From IMG/VR virus record IMGVR_UViG_3300031521_000040, positions 1 through 64,000 of that record: a stretch of DNA of 64,000 bases. One strand, given 5' to 3'. Shown in pieces: positions 29,620-39,044 of this stretch. The notes under the pieces are model-generated. The model was not told the DNA's origin, did no database searches, and saw only the letters and a list, made by a program, of their open reading frames with translations. This DNA comes from a virus. Position numbers and translations under genes: made by a program. How positions within the stretch are numbered: the stretch's first letter is position 1; each line of letters starts with the position of its first letter.

Positions 29620-30432
29620 TTATAATGTGAAAACACTATCATCCTTATTCCAATTATCCCAATTGAATGGGTCAATACCTTGCTTTTGTAAATATTTTGT
29701 TGTTACAACAGCAACATCTTTAGGATTAATCTGCATATCTCTTATATCATTGAAAAACCAACTATTTTTACCTGTTTTTAAATCTTCTGAATCATATCCT
29801 CTATAATCCCAACCATTTACAATCTTATTTGTGCCTTTAATCACTGCAAAATGAGTGTATCCTCTGAACACGCCATTACCTTTATCATGAGCAACATCAT
29901 CACGCATTCCTCTTGGCTTCGTTCCAATCATTTTCTCATTCATGCTAGGGTTAAATGCTTTACTATTGTTTCCTGATGCATTAATATAAACCCTTCCATC
30001 ATCACCAACGTATATATCTGCTTGATTGAATTTCTTTGCAATTTCTTGTAATTGATCATTATTATCATCAAAGAAGCCAGCGCCATGACCGTTCCTACTT
30101 AGCCAAAAATTATGACCAATACCAGTTGCATCGTATGTGTTTAATTCATCAGGTGCTTGCTGTTTAGCAATTTGTAAAAATTGAATAATATCGTTTTTAG
30201 CTTCTTGTATACTAGCTTTATCGAATTGATAAACCGTTTTTGAATATAATTCGTTATTTTCATCGCTTTCAGCCCACAATGCTGTTTCCAGATAACTATT
30301 CAACACTTCATCTACATTAAGATTGGTTTCTGTTGGTTGAGTATTAAAATCTTCATTTAATTTAGGCTTAAATGTTTTATCAAGTCTGCCCATAACTTCC
30401 ATTATTCTATTTTTGCTACTGTTGGTTTTCAT
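29620..30432 (-). CDS. putative internal head (poly)protein with two globular modules
   Basis: leader ending KLNE; module with GHNFWLSRNGHGAGFFD; SMNE linker; module YTHFAV..NKIVNGWDY; late motif at 30447-30454. Confidence 0.55.
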   Translation of the reverse strand: MKTNSSKNRIMEVMGRLDKTFKPKLNEDFNTQPTETNLNVDEVLNSYLETALWAESDENNELYSKTVYQFDKASIQEAKNDIIQFLQIAKQQAPDELNTYDATGIGHNFWLSRNGHGAGFFDDNNDQLQEIAKKFNQADIYVGDDGRVYINASGNNSKAFNPSMNEKMIGTKPRGMRDDVAHDKGNGVFRGYTHFAVIKGTNKIVNGWDYRGYDSEDLKTGKNSWFFNDIRDMQINPKDVAVVTTKYLQKQGIDPFNWDNWNKDDSVFTL

Positions 30433-30550
30433 GTTTAAAATTTTCTATAAATACTTTATTATTTTAAAATTACATGGCGTTTTATCCTTTTTGATTTTAA
30501 TTACATGATTTCTCTCCAATAAAAAAATTTCTAGTATTTATATAAAACAA

Positions 30551-31594
30551 ATGATTATGATTGAATTAAATTGCTGTGGAATATATAAAATAACTAATAA
30601 TATCAATGGTAAATATTATATTGGTTCATCACATGAAGTAAAACATAGAATACAAAAACATTTTGAATTATTGAAACGTAAATGTCATCATAGTATACAT
30701 TTTCAAAACGCATATAATAAATATGGAAAGGACGTATTTAGTGTTGAAATATTGGCTGAGTGTAAGAGAGATGAGCTGTTTATTTATGAACAGCAATATT
30801 TTGATGAAATAATAGATTGGCAGTGTACATATAATATGTCTAAAATTGCTGCTGGTAGTAATTACGATTTAAATAATCATCCTAATGAAAAGGAAATCAG
30901 TAAAAAAATAAGCCTCGGCAATACAGATAAACATACCAAACCATTCTATATTAATGGCATTAGATATGAAAAATTAATAAATGCTGCTGTTGTTTTTAAT
31001 GTAGATATTAAAACAATATCAAACAGGATAAAAGATTGGAAAACTAAAAATTATTATTATGAAAATAAACCGAAAATTGGTGAATACGATAAAATCATAA
31101 ATAATATCTATACTAATAAATTATTTAAAGAAAAACATAAACATGTTTATAGATGTGAATGTGGGGTGGAAATAAGTAAAGATTCTAAGTTCTGTGTTGG
31201 CTGTCGTAAAACAAGAAAAGATAATAGAAAATATATTAATCCTGTTACAATAAATAATGTAAAATATGATTCTGCTAAAGAAGCATCAAAAATACTAAAT
31301 ATTGAATATGCCACTCTAATATATAGAATTAATACAAATACCATCACATATAAGGATTATTTTTACACTAATAATCCTAAAAACATTTATGAGTTAATTA
31401 CAATTAACGAAATAAAAATCAAGGCATCAACAACAAAAATTGATAATAATAGTTCGAACAACAAAAAGTCTTTCATTATTGACGGAATTCAATATTTAAC
31501 ACTTGGTGATGCATCAATAAAACTTAATTTAAGAAAACAACTTATATGGGATAGATTAAGAAGCAAAAAGTTTAAAAATTATATATATGTTTAA
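30551..31594 (+). CDS. GIY-YIG homing endonuclease with NUMOD-type C-terminal repeats
   Basis: GIYKITNNINGKYYIGSS...R...H; three I(N/D)(G/N)..Y....A...L repeats. Confidence 0.9.
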   Translation: MIMIELNCCGIYKITNNINGKYYIGSSHEVKHRIQKHFELLKRKCHHSIHFQNAYNKYGKDVFSVEILAECKRDELFIYEQQYFDEIIDWQCTYNMSKIAAGSNYDLNNHPNEKEISKKISLGNTDKHTKPFYINGIRYEKLINAAVVFNVDIKTISNRIKDWKTKNYYYENKPKIGEYDKIINNIYTNKLFKEKHKHVYRCECGVEISKDSKFCVGCRKTRKDNRKYINPVTINNVKYDSAKEASKILNIEYATLIYRINTNTITYKDYFYTNNPKNIYELITINEIKIKASTTKIDNNSSNNKKSFIIDGIQYLTLGDASIKLNLRKQLIWDRLRSKKFKNYIYV

Positions 31595-31596
31595 AA

Positions 31597-32151
31597 TCAG
31601 TCGCCTTTTTCTCCGTTATTAAAGAAAGCTATTACATCACTGTGGACAGGAACACCCGTTACTCGCTTCCAGTAATTTTTAAATCCACCGATGGTTTTTT
31701 TTGTTTCGGCTGAAACGTTATTAGCACTCTCAACCTCATAATATCTGCTCTTTTCACCACTCATATTATATTCAATAACATCCCCACGACTAATTTCTAA
31801 ATGCTTTTCTTCTAGTTCTTTAAGATATACACCGAATGAAATATTACCACTATCATCACGTGCTATACCACCCTGACCTGAGCCGTAATTCTCTTGCTTA
31901 CCATCTTCAACATTAACCATTACACTTATTCTAACAGGTGGCATAAACTTTTTATCCTTAGCTTTTGCTTGACCGTATAATGTATGTGTTTTGGTTTCAA
32001 TAACGTTTATCCTGTGAATTATTACTTCTTGTGCATTATCTGTTTCTAAGAAATTTCTTCCATACATAACGTCTAGGTCGAATGAGTTATCCGACATGAA
32101 TAAGCCATACCTTTGATTCTCTAAATCGATTATTTGTTTTTTTTGTTTCAT
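31597..32151 (-). CDS. neck/head-closure protein (gp14-like)
   Basis: LYGQ.....F.PPV, G.ISF.VY.KELEE....I..GD.I...YYEV pattern. Confidence 0.6.
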   Translation of the reverse strand: MKQKKQIIDLENQRYGLFMSDNSFDLDVMYGRNFLETDNAQEVIIHRINVIETKTHTLYGQAKAKDKKFMPPVRISVMVNVEDGKQENYGSGQGGIARDDSGNISFGVYLKELEEKHLEISRGDVIEYNMSGEKSRYYEVESANNVSAETKKTIGGFKNYWKRVTGVPVHSDVIAFFNNGEKGD

Positions 32152-32152
32152 T

Positions 32153-32689
32153 TTATTTCATAATCTTAAACCCTTCATCTTCTAATTTATGTATGTTTGC
32201 CATATATGATTGATATTGGCTATCAATTGCTTCTGGTGGAACATTTGCTCTATCCACACCATTAGCTAAATCATTGGCAATTCTTTGTTTACTTACTTCT
32301 GGATTTCCTTCAAATATTTTAGCATATAAATCAAAATCAGTAGATGTGTTATCTTTAATATATTCGATATTTTTTCTACGACCTCTTGAGCTAACATTTA
32401 ATGCATCTAATACCACATTCTTTCCAGCATTTAGCGCATCGATAATTCTTTTATATGCGATTGCTCTTACTTCTTCACTTGTACTATGATCATTAACATC
32501 ACCAGTTAATTCTCTTCTTAAATTATCAAACGATACTATTACATAATCGTTTTTACTTAACGAATTAATCCATGTAGATTTACCACTTCCAGATATACCT
32601 ACTGTAAATATTAATTTTGGCTTTGCCTGTGTAAAATTGGTATTTGTCATTTCCATTAATTCAAATAATCGTTGTTTGTTGTTTTTCAT
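32153..32689 (-). CDS. P-loop polynucleotide-kinase-like protein (AAA_33)
   Basis: LIFTVGISGSGKSTW, SFD.LR.EL.G, VVLDALN, R.VP.E.I..Q. Confidence 0.85.
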   Translation of the reverse strand: MKNNKQRLFELMEMTNTNFTQAKPKLIFTVGISGSGKSTWINSLSKNDYVIVSFDNLRRELTGDVNDHSTSEEVRAIAYKRIIDALNAGKNVVLDALNVSSRGRRKNIEYIKDNTSTDFDLYAKIFEGNPEVSKQRIANDLANGVDRANVPPEAIDSQYQSYMANIHKLEDEGFKIMK

Positions 32690-32834
32690 ATTAACTATAT
32701 ACGTATTAATAGCATAAAATGTTACAAGGTATTGTTTTAAATATAAATACTGATTAATAAAAGATAATTTGGAAAATTTGGTGGTTGTTATACTTTTTAA
32801 CTACGATGCGAGTATTTATGATAAATATTATACC

Positions 32835-33992
32835 ATGGATAGAAATGAACTTAAGAAATATTTAGAATCAGATAACAAGTCTGGATATAAAACACGTGAA
32901 AAACACATAAAATATAAATTTCCTGAAACATATGAGAATATTGTTAATATTTGTCATGAGCATTGGTTTACTGATTTATATAATTTTGTTAATAATGTTA
33001 GTGGTAAGACATGTGCTGAATGTGGTAAAGCTTTAGAGGTTAAAATTTTTAATCTTGGCTATCCTCAGTTTTGTTCTGTTATTTGTAAGAACCAAAATAC
33101 TGGTTTTAAAGAAAAGGTGAAAAAATCTGTTTTTTTAAAATACGGTGTCGATAATCCAAGTAAGTCTGATATTGTTAAGAAAAAAATAAAAGATAAGTTA
33201 TTTACTGATGGAAAATGGTATGTTGAAACAGATGAGTATAAGAAAAAATCGAAAGAGACTTGTACTAGTAAATATGGCACTGATTCGTATAGTAAACTCG
33301 CTGAATATCATGAAAAGGTAAAACAAACCAGTGTTGATCGATATGGAGTTGATTCATATAATAAAACAGACGAATATAAGGAATATTGTAAAACAAAAAA
33401 TTTGGAAAAATACGGCACTGAATGGTTTCAATCTACTGAAGAGTTTAAAGAAAAATCAAAAAAAACTAATCTAAAAAAACGTGGTGTTATAAGTCATACT
33501 AAAACGGATGAATATAAATTGAAAATGAAAGCATATTATTTAAATAAATATGGCATTGAACATCATATGCAAACGGAAGAGGGAAAGAAAAAGGTCTACG
33601 ATGCTATGATTGAAAAATATGGAGAATTATGGTTAAAACATATTCCATCATATAACGCTAACTCCATTATCTATTTAGATATGCTCTCAGAGAAACTAAA
33701 ATTACCGATACAACACGCATTGAATGGCGGTGAGAAGAAATTTATTAGATATTGGGTTGATGGTTATATTCAAAAATATAATATTTGTATTGAATGGGAT
33801 GAAAAGCATCATAACTCAGAACGCCAAAAAATACGTGATGCTAATAGAGAAGAGTTTCTCATTAGCAATTTTAATTGTAAAATTTTTCGAATTAATGAAA
33901 GAGAATTTTTTAAAAATATAGTGACCAGCATTGATGATATTGCTGGTCACATAATAAATTATATTGCTATGATCGGGAACATGGGTGGCTGA
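32835..33992 (+). CDS. homing-endonuclease-like protein with KYG repeats and a Vsr/DUF559-like nuclease domain
   Basis: CxxC..FCS..C, about 7 (K/R)(Y/R)G repeats, YWVDGY....ICIEWDEKHH; ATG 32835 follows GTATTTAT at 32812-32819. Confidence 0.75.
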   Translation: MDRNELKKYLESDNKSGYKTREKHIKYKFPETYENIVNICHEHWFTDLYNFVNNVSGKTCAECGKALEVKIFNLGYPQFCSVICKNQNTGFKEKVKKSVFLKYGVDNPSKSDIVKKKIKDKLFTDGKWYVETDEYKKKSKETCTSKYGTDSYSKLAEYHEKVKQTSVDRYGVDSYNKTDEYKEYCKTKNLEKYGTEWFQSTEEFKEKSKKTNLKKRGVISHTKTDEYKLKMKAYYLNKYGIEHHMQTEEGKKKVYDAMIEKYGELWLKHIPSYNANSIIYLDMLSEKLKLPIQHALNGGEKKFIRYWVDGYIQKYNICIEWDEKHHNSERQKIRDANREEFLISNFNCKIFRINEREFFKNIVTSIDDIAGHIINYIAMIGNMGG

Positions 33993-35077
33993 TATTGCAA
34001 ATGTTTGTTTACATTCTCAGCTATTTTAGCTCTGTTTTCGGTTAAGATAACTTGACTTATGTTTGTTAGTTGTTCCAATATGATTTTTTCAGTATCTTCT
34101 TTTAACTTAGTACCTTCATCAAGCAAATGACGATAATCCATTGTAAGTTGTTTTTCAGCTACACCTAATTCGCCTGTATAAAAACCACGTACACCACCAA
34201 TAACCATTTTAACCTTAGCAATAAGTAAATTTCTTATTTGTTGTTTAGCAACATCATTTAAATTAGTCCATTGAAGTATTTGTGTAGGTGGGTCTGATGG
34301 AAGTCTTACGATATCATTGTTAGCTTCTAAACATTCATCCCTGTTAGATGGATTTGTTTCATAATACCAGTAATACACTCGTCTGCCACTATAATGTTTT
34401 CCCCATGCACTGGAAATCTCGTATCTATCCCCGGGAATTGGGTACAGATGCAGTATTTTTTCACCATTAGCAGTACCTGTTATTCTATATGTTAAGATTG
34501 ATTGCAATATTCTTTGTTTCATACGTCGATCTTGTGCAGATAATAACATTGAAAAAGTTGGTTGGACGTATTGTGATGGACGACCATTCATCGACCAACC
34601 CATCATGCCAGAGGATGTTGTATTCATCGCAAACGGGTCCATTAATCCACCATCAATTTGTGGTGGAGTTTCCCATAGTACTTCATTAACTTCTCTACCA
34701 GCAGGTATTATATAATGTTGTGTATCCTCAGTAGTTGTAATAAAATCACGTTTAAGTTCCCACCCTGCCGATGCAGGTGCATTAGTTCCTTGCCCAACTT
34801 GTTTAGAATATGCATACGTAAACGATTCCATATAATGATTCGATTTGTTAGTATATGCTGAAAGAAAATCACCATTTTCCTTGCTAAGTCCTTCTAATCC
34901 AATCCATTGTTGCTGAATCAACCAGTTGTTTAGTATTGATGAATAGTCTTCAACAACCATTTCGAGATATGAATCCATCATTTCGTCTTTTAATTCGAAA
35001 GGTCTTAAAGGGAAACCTAATTCATGTTTTATGTGGAGATATAATTTATTTTTATCAACCGTTGCTATTATTCCCAT
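33959..35077 (-). CDS. neck/head-tail adaptor protein (gp13-like)
   Basis: IKHELG.P....EL N-terminus; AKVK..IG.VRG...G.....MDY..L..EG C-terminus; late motif at 35098-35105. Confidence 0.7.
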   Translation of the reverse strand: MGIIATVDKNKLYLHIKHELGFPLRPFELKDEMMDSYLEMVVEDYSSILNNWLIQQQWIGLEGLSKENGDFLSAYTNKSNHYMESFTYAYSKQVGQGTNAPASAGWELKRDFITTTEDTQHYIIPAGREVNEVLWETPPQIDGGLMDPFAMNTTSSGMMGWSMNGRPSQYVQPTFSMLLSAQDRRMKQRILQSILTYRITGTANGEKILHLYPIPGDRYEISSAWGKHYSGRRVYYWYYETNPSNRDECLEANNDIVRLPSDPPTQILQWTNLNDVAKQQIRNLLIAKVKMVIGGVRGFYTGELGVAEKQLTMDYRHLLDEGTKLKEDTEKIILEQLTNISQVILTENRAKIAENVNKHLQYQPPMFPIIAI

Positions 35078-35120
35078 AATTATTTAATTTTGTAATTATA
35101 AATACTTAAACAGATTGATT

Positions 35121-35603
35121 ATGCTAAAAATAGAATACAAAATTGATTTAAACAAATCTGGCAGACCATGTATTGATTTGCCTATGGACTATGAGCATAG
35201 ACCAGAAGATAAATTTTTCGCTATTGAAATGGCTAGATATTTTTTACAATCAATATCACCTAAGACAATTGGATTGCTCGATGAACATACACATAATAAA
35301 TTAAATGAAAGTATTGGCTTGTTGGGACAACTTGGTGATCAAATGGCTGAAATCGTTTATAATAATCTAAAATCATTGGGCGATATGCACTCCATGATAA
35401 ACAATGATTATGATTTCAGTGTTGAAACCATTAATGACTTGAATAAATTAGGTGATCGTATAATTACTGATGGTAAAATATATGAAAAACATCAAGGCTT
35501 AAAAGTTTTCGTGGTTGAAAATAATAAAACATATAGGTTATATGTAGACGATAATTGGATAGAGGTTGAAGATGATGATACAACAGAATATAGAACTAGA
35601 TAA
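35121..35603 (+). CDS. hypothetical protein
   Basis: ORF upstream of the helicase. Confidence 0.65.
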   Translation: MLKIEYKIDLNKSGRPCIDLPMDYEHRPEDKFFAIEMARYFLQSISPKTIGLLDEHTHNKLNESIGLLGQLGDQMAEIVYNNLKSLGDMHSMINNDYDFSVETINDLNKLGDRIITDGKIYEKHQGLKVFVVENNKTYRLYVDDNWIEVEDDDTTEYRTR

Positions 35604-35617
35604 TTTATAATAACTCA

Positions 35618-38164
35618 ATGGATCACAAGCCTACTCCTGAACAAGAAAGAATATTCCTTTTTATAAAGAAAAGAACTGAAAACATTGTTATTAAAGCCTT
35701 TGCAGGCACTGGTAAAACTTCTACCATAGTTGAAGCAGTTAAGCTGCTGCCCAAAGACAAGCAAATCATGTTCTTAGCATTTAATAAGCACATCCAAGTC
35801 GAATTGCAGGAAAAGTTACCCAGCCACGTGCGCACTTACACTACTTATGGTTTAGGTACATCAGCCATTAAAAGGAAATATGGTGATAGCATTCAATTTG
35901 ATGAATTTAAAATAGATAAAATCATCCAGAAGAAAGCTAAGTCATGGGATTTAGACGATGAGTTTAAAACAGAAGAAGAAATATTTGTTTATTTAAACAA
36001 CATTAAGAAATTAGTTAACCTTTGCAGACTAACACTTACTTTAAAGCCCGAATACGTGCCTTACGTGGCAGAACGTTATGAAGTTAATATAAGCAAGCCA
36101 AATGATATTAAAAGGGTTCTAAAGGTCTTAAATGATGCAACGCTGGATAGGAAGTCTTTTGATTACACCGATATGATATATTTACCAGCAGTTGATAACA
36201 GTATTTGGATGTTTCCACAAGATTATGTGTTTATTGATGAATGTTTGCCAGCTAAAACATATATTTCAACAATAGAGGGTAAAAGACAATTAGGTGCGCT
36301 TTATTATTTGAGCAAGAAAAATATTACATTACCTGATATTATTACTTATAATGAAAAAACCAGCCTTTTTGAAAACAAAAAAATTAATAAAATTTGGTGT
36401 ACAGGGAAAAAAGATGTTTATTATGTTGTTTTAAATGGAAAAAGAAAATTAAAATCGACTGTTAATCATAGATTTTTAACATTATCTGGCTGGAAAAGAT
36501 TAGATGAACTAAAAATTGGTGATTCTGTAATTTCAAATTATAATAATCAACCATATCATGAAATATTCAATGAAACCCAAAAGAATATAGTAATCGGATC
36601 AAAGCTTGGTGATGGACATCTTGGAAAAATTTCTGATGACATATATAGACTAAGTGTAATACATGGCGAAAAGCAGAAAGAATATTGTGAATGGAAAGCA
36701 TCCTTTTTTGATTCTAAAATAAAAAATTTAAAAAATAACGGCTATGCGAAAAAGCAAGCATATTCCTTTACGACCAAAGGATTTTATTTTAATATATGTG
36801 AAAGTGAAATCATCAATAACATGTCACTACAATCATTAGCGATATCTTGGATGGATGATGGTAATTTAGCAAAAAATGAATTGAGTTCCACTCTTTACTC
36901 AACAGCTAAGAGTGTGAGATTGTCTCAATTACTTTCCGATAAAATTAATGGTCTTTGGAATATTTCATCAACAGTTAGAAAATCTAAAAGCTCAACAACA
37001 AAAAACCCATATTATCGGTTATTGTTTAATAAAGAAAATACTCAAAAAATTTCAAGTCTTTTGGCGCAGTATATTCACCCAAGCATGGGGTATAAGTTAT
37101 GTACTAATGATAGAAATAAATTTAATGAAACACTATGGCTTAATGAAAAAATAAATTTAGGATGTATGGTTGTTACATCTGAGCATAAATTTTATAAATA
37201 TGAAAATACTTATGATATGTCCGTTGAAGATAATCACAATTTCATTGTAACATCCGAAAGTTACATAAATGGTGCTGCTGGAAATTTTGGAATAATAACA
37301 CATAACTGTCAAGACCTTAACAGATGTCAGATTAAAATCATTGAGAAAATATTGAAAAGAGATAAACTAAGCGGAAAAATTACTGGCAGACTGATTTCTG
37401 TTGGTGATTATTTTCAAGGAATTTATGGTTTCAATGCAGCGGATGATAAATCTTTCGAATGGTTTGAAAAATTCCCCAATACTAAGGTATTGCCTTTGTC
37501 AGTATCATTCAGATGTGCTAAAAATGTTATACTAAAAGCTCAAGAGATCGTCCCTGATATTAAAGCATTAGATGATGCACCCGATGGACTTGTAAGGGAT
37601 GGAAATGTGCTTACAGAGGCTGAAAGCGGTGATTTCGTTATATGTAGAACGACAATGCCATTGGTTAAGCTATTTTTCGAGTTTCTAACACAACATAAAA
37701 AAGCAGTTATTAAGGGTAGTGATATTGGCATTCAATTAATTGAATTAATAGGTAAAATCGATACGATTGATAAGCTTAAAACATTTTGGGAAGGTGAGCT
37801 ACATTCGTTTAAAAAAGAGTTGAAATCAACAGGCATATTGAATCCATCAGAGCATAGTGGATATTCAGCATTAGAAGATAAAGTAATGACATTGTTGTTT
37901 TTAGCTAAACTATCCACTAACATTACCGAATTAAAATTAAACATCAGAACTATTTTTACTGATGAAATTGTGGGAATATGCTTAAGTACAGTGCATAAGA
38001 TCAAAGGACTTGAAGCTAATCGTGTTTTTATAGTAAGACCCGATTTACTGCCATTACCCAATGCTCATGGTTGGCAATCTATACAAGAAAAGAACCTAGC
38101 CTACGTAGCGTATACGAGAGCTAAGCTAGAACTTATATTTGATAGAGAATGGAGCGATGAATAA
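35618..38164 (+). CDS. UvrD/Rep-like superfamily 1 helicase containing an intein
   Basis: AFAGTGKT, LAFNK, FIDE|CQD, VGD..Q.IYGF, SFRC, STVHKIKGLE, YVAYTRAK. Confidence 0.92.
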   Translation: MDHKPTPEQERIFLFIKKRTENIVIKAFAGTGKTSTIVEAVKLLPKDKQIMFLAFNKHIQVELQEKLPSHVRTYTTYGLGTSAIKRKYGDSIQFDEFKIDKIIQKKAKSWDLDDEFKTEEEIFVYLNNIKKLVNLCRLTLTLKPEYVPYVAERYEVNISKPNDIKRVLKVLNDATLDRKSFDYTDMIYLPAVDNSIWMFPQDYVFIDECLPAKTYISTIEGKRQLGALYYLSKKNITLPDIITYNEKTSLFENKKINKIWCTGKKDVYYVVLNGKRKLKSTVNHRFLTLSGWKRLDELKIGDSVISNYNNQPYHEIFNETQKNIVIGSKLGDGHLGKISDDIYRLSVIHGEKQKEYCEWKASFFDSKIKNLKNNGYAKKQAYSFTTKGFYFNICESEIINNMSLQSLAISWMDDGNLAKNELSSTLYSTAKSVRLSQLLSDKINGLWNISSTVRKSKSSTTKNPYYRLLFNKENTQKISSLLAQYIHPSMGYKLCTNDRNKFNETLWLNEKINLGCMVVTSEHKFYKYENTYDMSVEDNHNFIVTSESYINGAAGNFGIITHNCQDLNRCQIKIIEKILKRDKLSGKITGRLISVGDYFQGIYGFNAADDKSFEWFEKFPNTKVLPLSVSFRCAKNVILKAQEIVPDIKALDDAPDGLVRDGNVLTEAESGDFVICRTTMPLVKLFFEFLTQHKKAVIKGSDIGIQLIELIGKIDTIDKLKTFWEGELHSFKKELKSTGILNPSEHSGYSALEDKVMTLLFLAKLSTNITELKLNIRTIFTDEIVGICLSTVHKIKGLEANRVFIVRPDLLPLPNAHGWQSIQEKNLAYVAYTRAKLELIFDREWSDE
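36242..37306 (+). mobile_element. intein (355 aa) with LAGLIDADG endonuclease
   Basis: starts CLPAKT, block B TVNHRF, GSKLGDG and WMDDG motifs, ends YDMSVEDNHNF...THN followed by C+1. Confidence 0.95.
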
Positions 38165-38451
38165 TGGAGTTTAAGCTAACAAATGAAATATTAAAAAGTT
38201 ATAAGTCATATGATGACTTATTAAATGTAATCATTCAATCAAAATCGGCTGAATGTTGTGAATTTTGCCTTGATTATGATGGAATATGGAAAAGACTAAC
38301 CTTAAAATGGATGATTGATTATTTTATTGAAAAGGAAGAGTATGAAAAATGTATTATTGTTAATAATTATATACTGACTGATTATATTGCTAACGATTTA
38401 AGACAAGATGAATTAAATACAAAGTTGAATGAAATTACAAAAGCCCTTTGA
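38164..38451 (+). CDS. hypothetical protein with a UvrB/C-like motif
   Basis: YFIEKEEYEKC. Confidence 0.6.
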   Translation: MEFKLTNEILKSYKSYDDLLNVIIQSKSAECCEFCLDYDGIWKRLTLKWMIDYFIEKEEYEKCIIVNNYILTDYIANDLRQDELNTKLNEITKAL

Positions 38452-38477
38452 TAATTCAATTATTATATATATATTTG
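38447..38477 (+). promoter_or_regulatory. Bacteroidota-type sigma70 promoter
   Basis: TTTG(38447)-N19-TATATTTG(38470). Confidence 0.7.
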
Positions 38478-38504
38478 CATCTTATTAATTATAAACATAA
38501 CAAA

Positions 38505-38708
38505 ATGAAAAAAATCCTAATTCTATTGGTAGCATTAATTGCTATTGTTGCATTTTCATGCAAGCCATCAACAAAGGTTGATGCTAAACAAGTTACAGCT
38601 GACTCAATCGCCAGAGTAGATTCAATTGCTAAGGTTGACTCAATTGCTAAAGCAGATTCAATCGCCAAAGCAAAACCTGTTAAGAAAAAATCAGCTAGGA
38701 GACGATAA
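38505..38708 (+). CDS. small lipoprotein with (xDSIAK)4 repeats
   Basis: MKK, hydrophobic core, AFSC lipobox; four 18-bp repeats at 38598-38669; basic tail. Confidence 0.8.
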   Translation: MKKILILLVALIAIVAFSCKPSTKVDAKQVTADSIARVDSIAKVDSIAKADSIAKAKPVKKKSARRR

Positions 38709-38751
38709 TAAATTTGTCCCATATATAATATATATATATGGGACAAATTTA
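38709..38751 (+). terminator. hairpin/terminator after the lipoprotein gene
   Basis: taaatttgtcccatatata...tatatatgggacaaattta. Confidence 0.7.
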
Positions 38752-38765
38752 AATAATTATTAATT

Positions 38766-39044
38766 ATGGAATGGAAAGTATTAATTGAAGGAAAACCTAA
38801 TTTAAGAATCATGGTTAAATTTCTTCCACTAACAGAACAAATCGCCTTTATAGGTCAGTTTAAAAGAACTAATTTGGAATGGGTGAATTTTTGCATTGAG
38901 GAACATACTATGTATATTGATTTAGATCAAATCAATGAAATGTTGGTTAAAACATATGATACTATGACGACAAGAATTAATATGTATAATGAAGTTGCCG
39001 AAGGTTTCACTCTTATTAAGGTGATTGAAGTTAAAGAAGATTAA
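38766..39044 (+). CDS. hypothetical protein
   Basis: 92-aa ORF. Confidence 0.65.
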   Translation: MEWKVLIEGKPNLRIMVKFLPLTEQIAFIGQFKRTNLEWVNFCIEEHTMYIDLDQINEMLVKTYDTMTTRINMYNEVAEGFTLIKVIEVKED

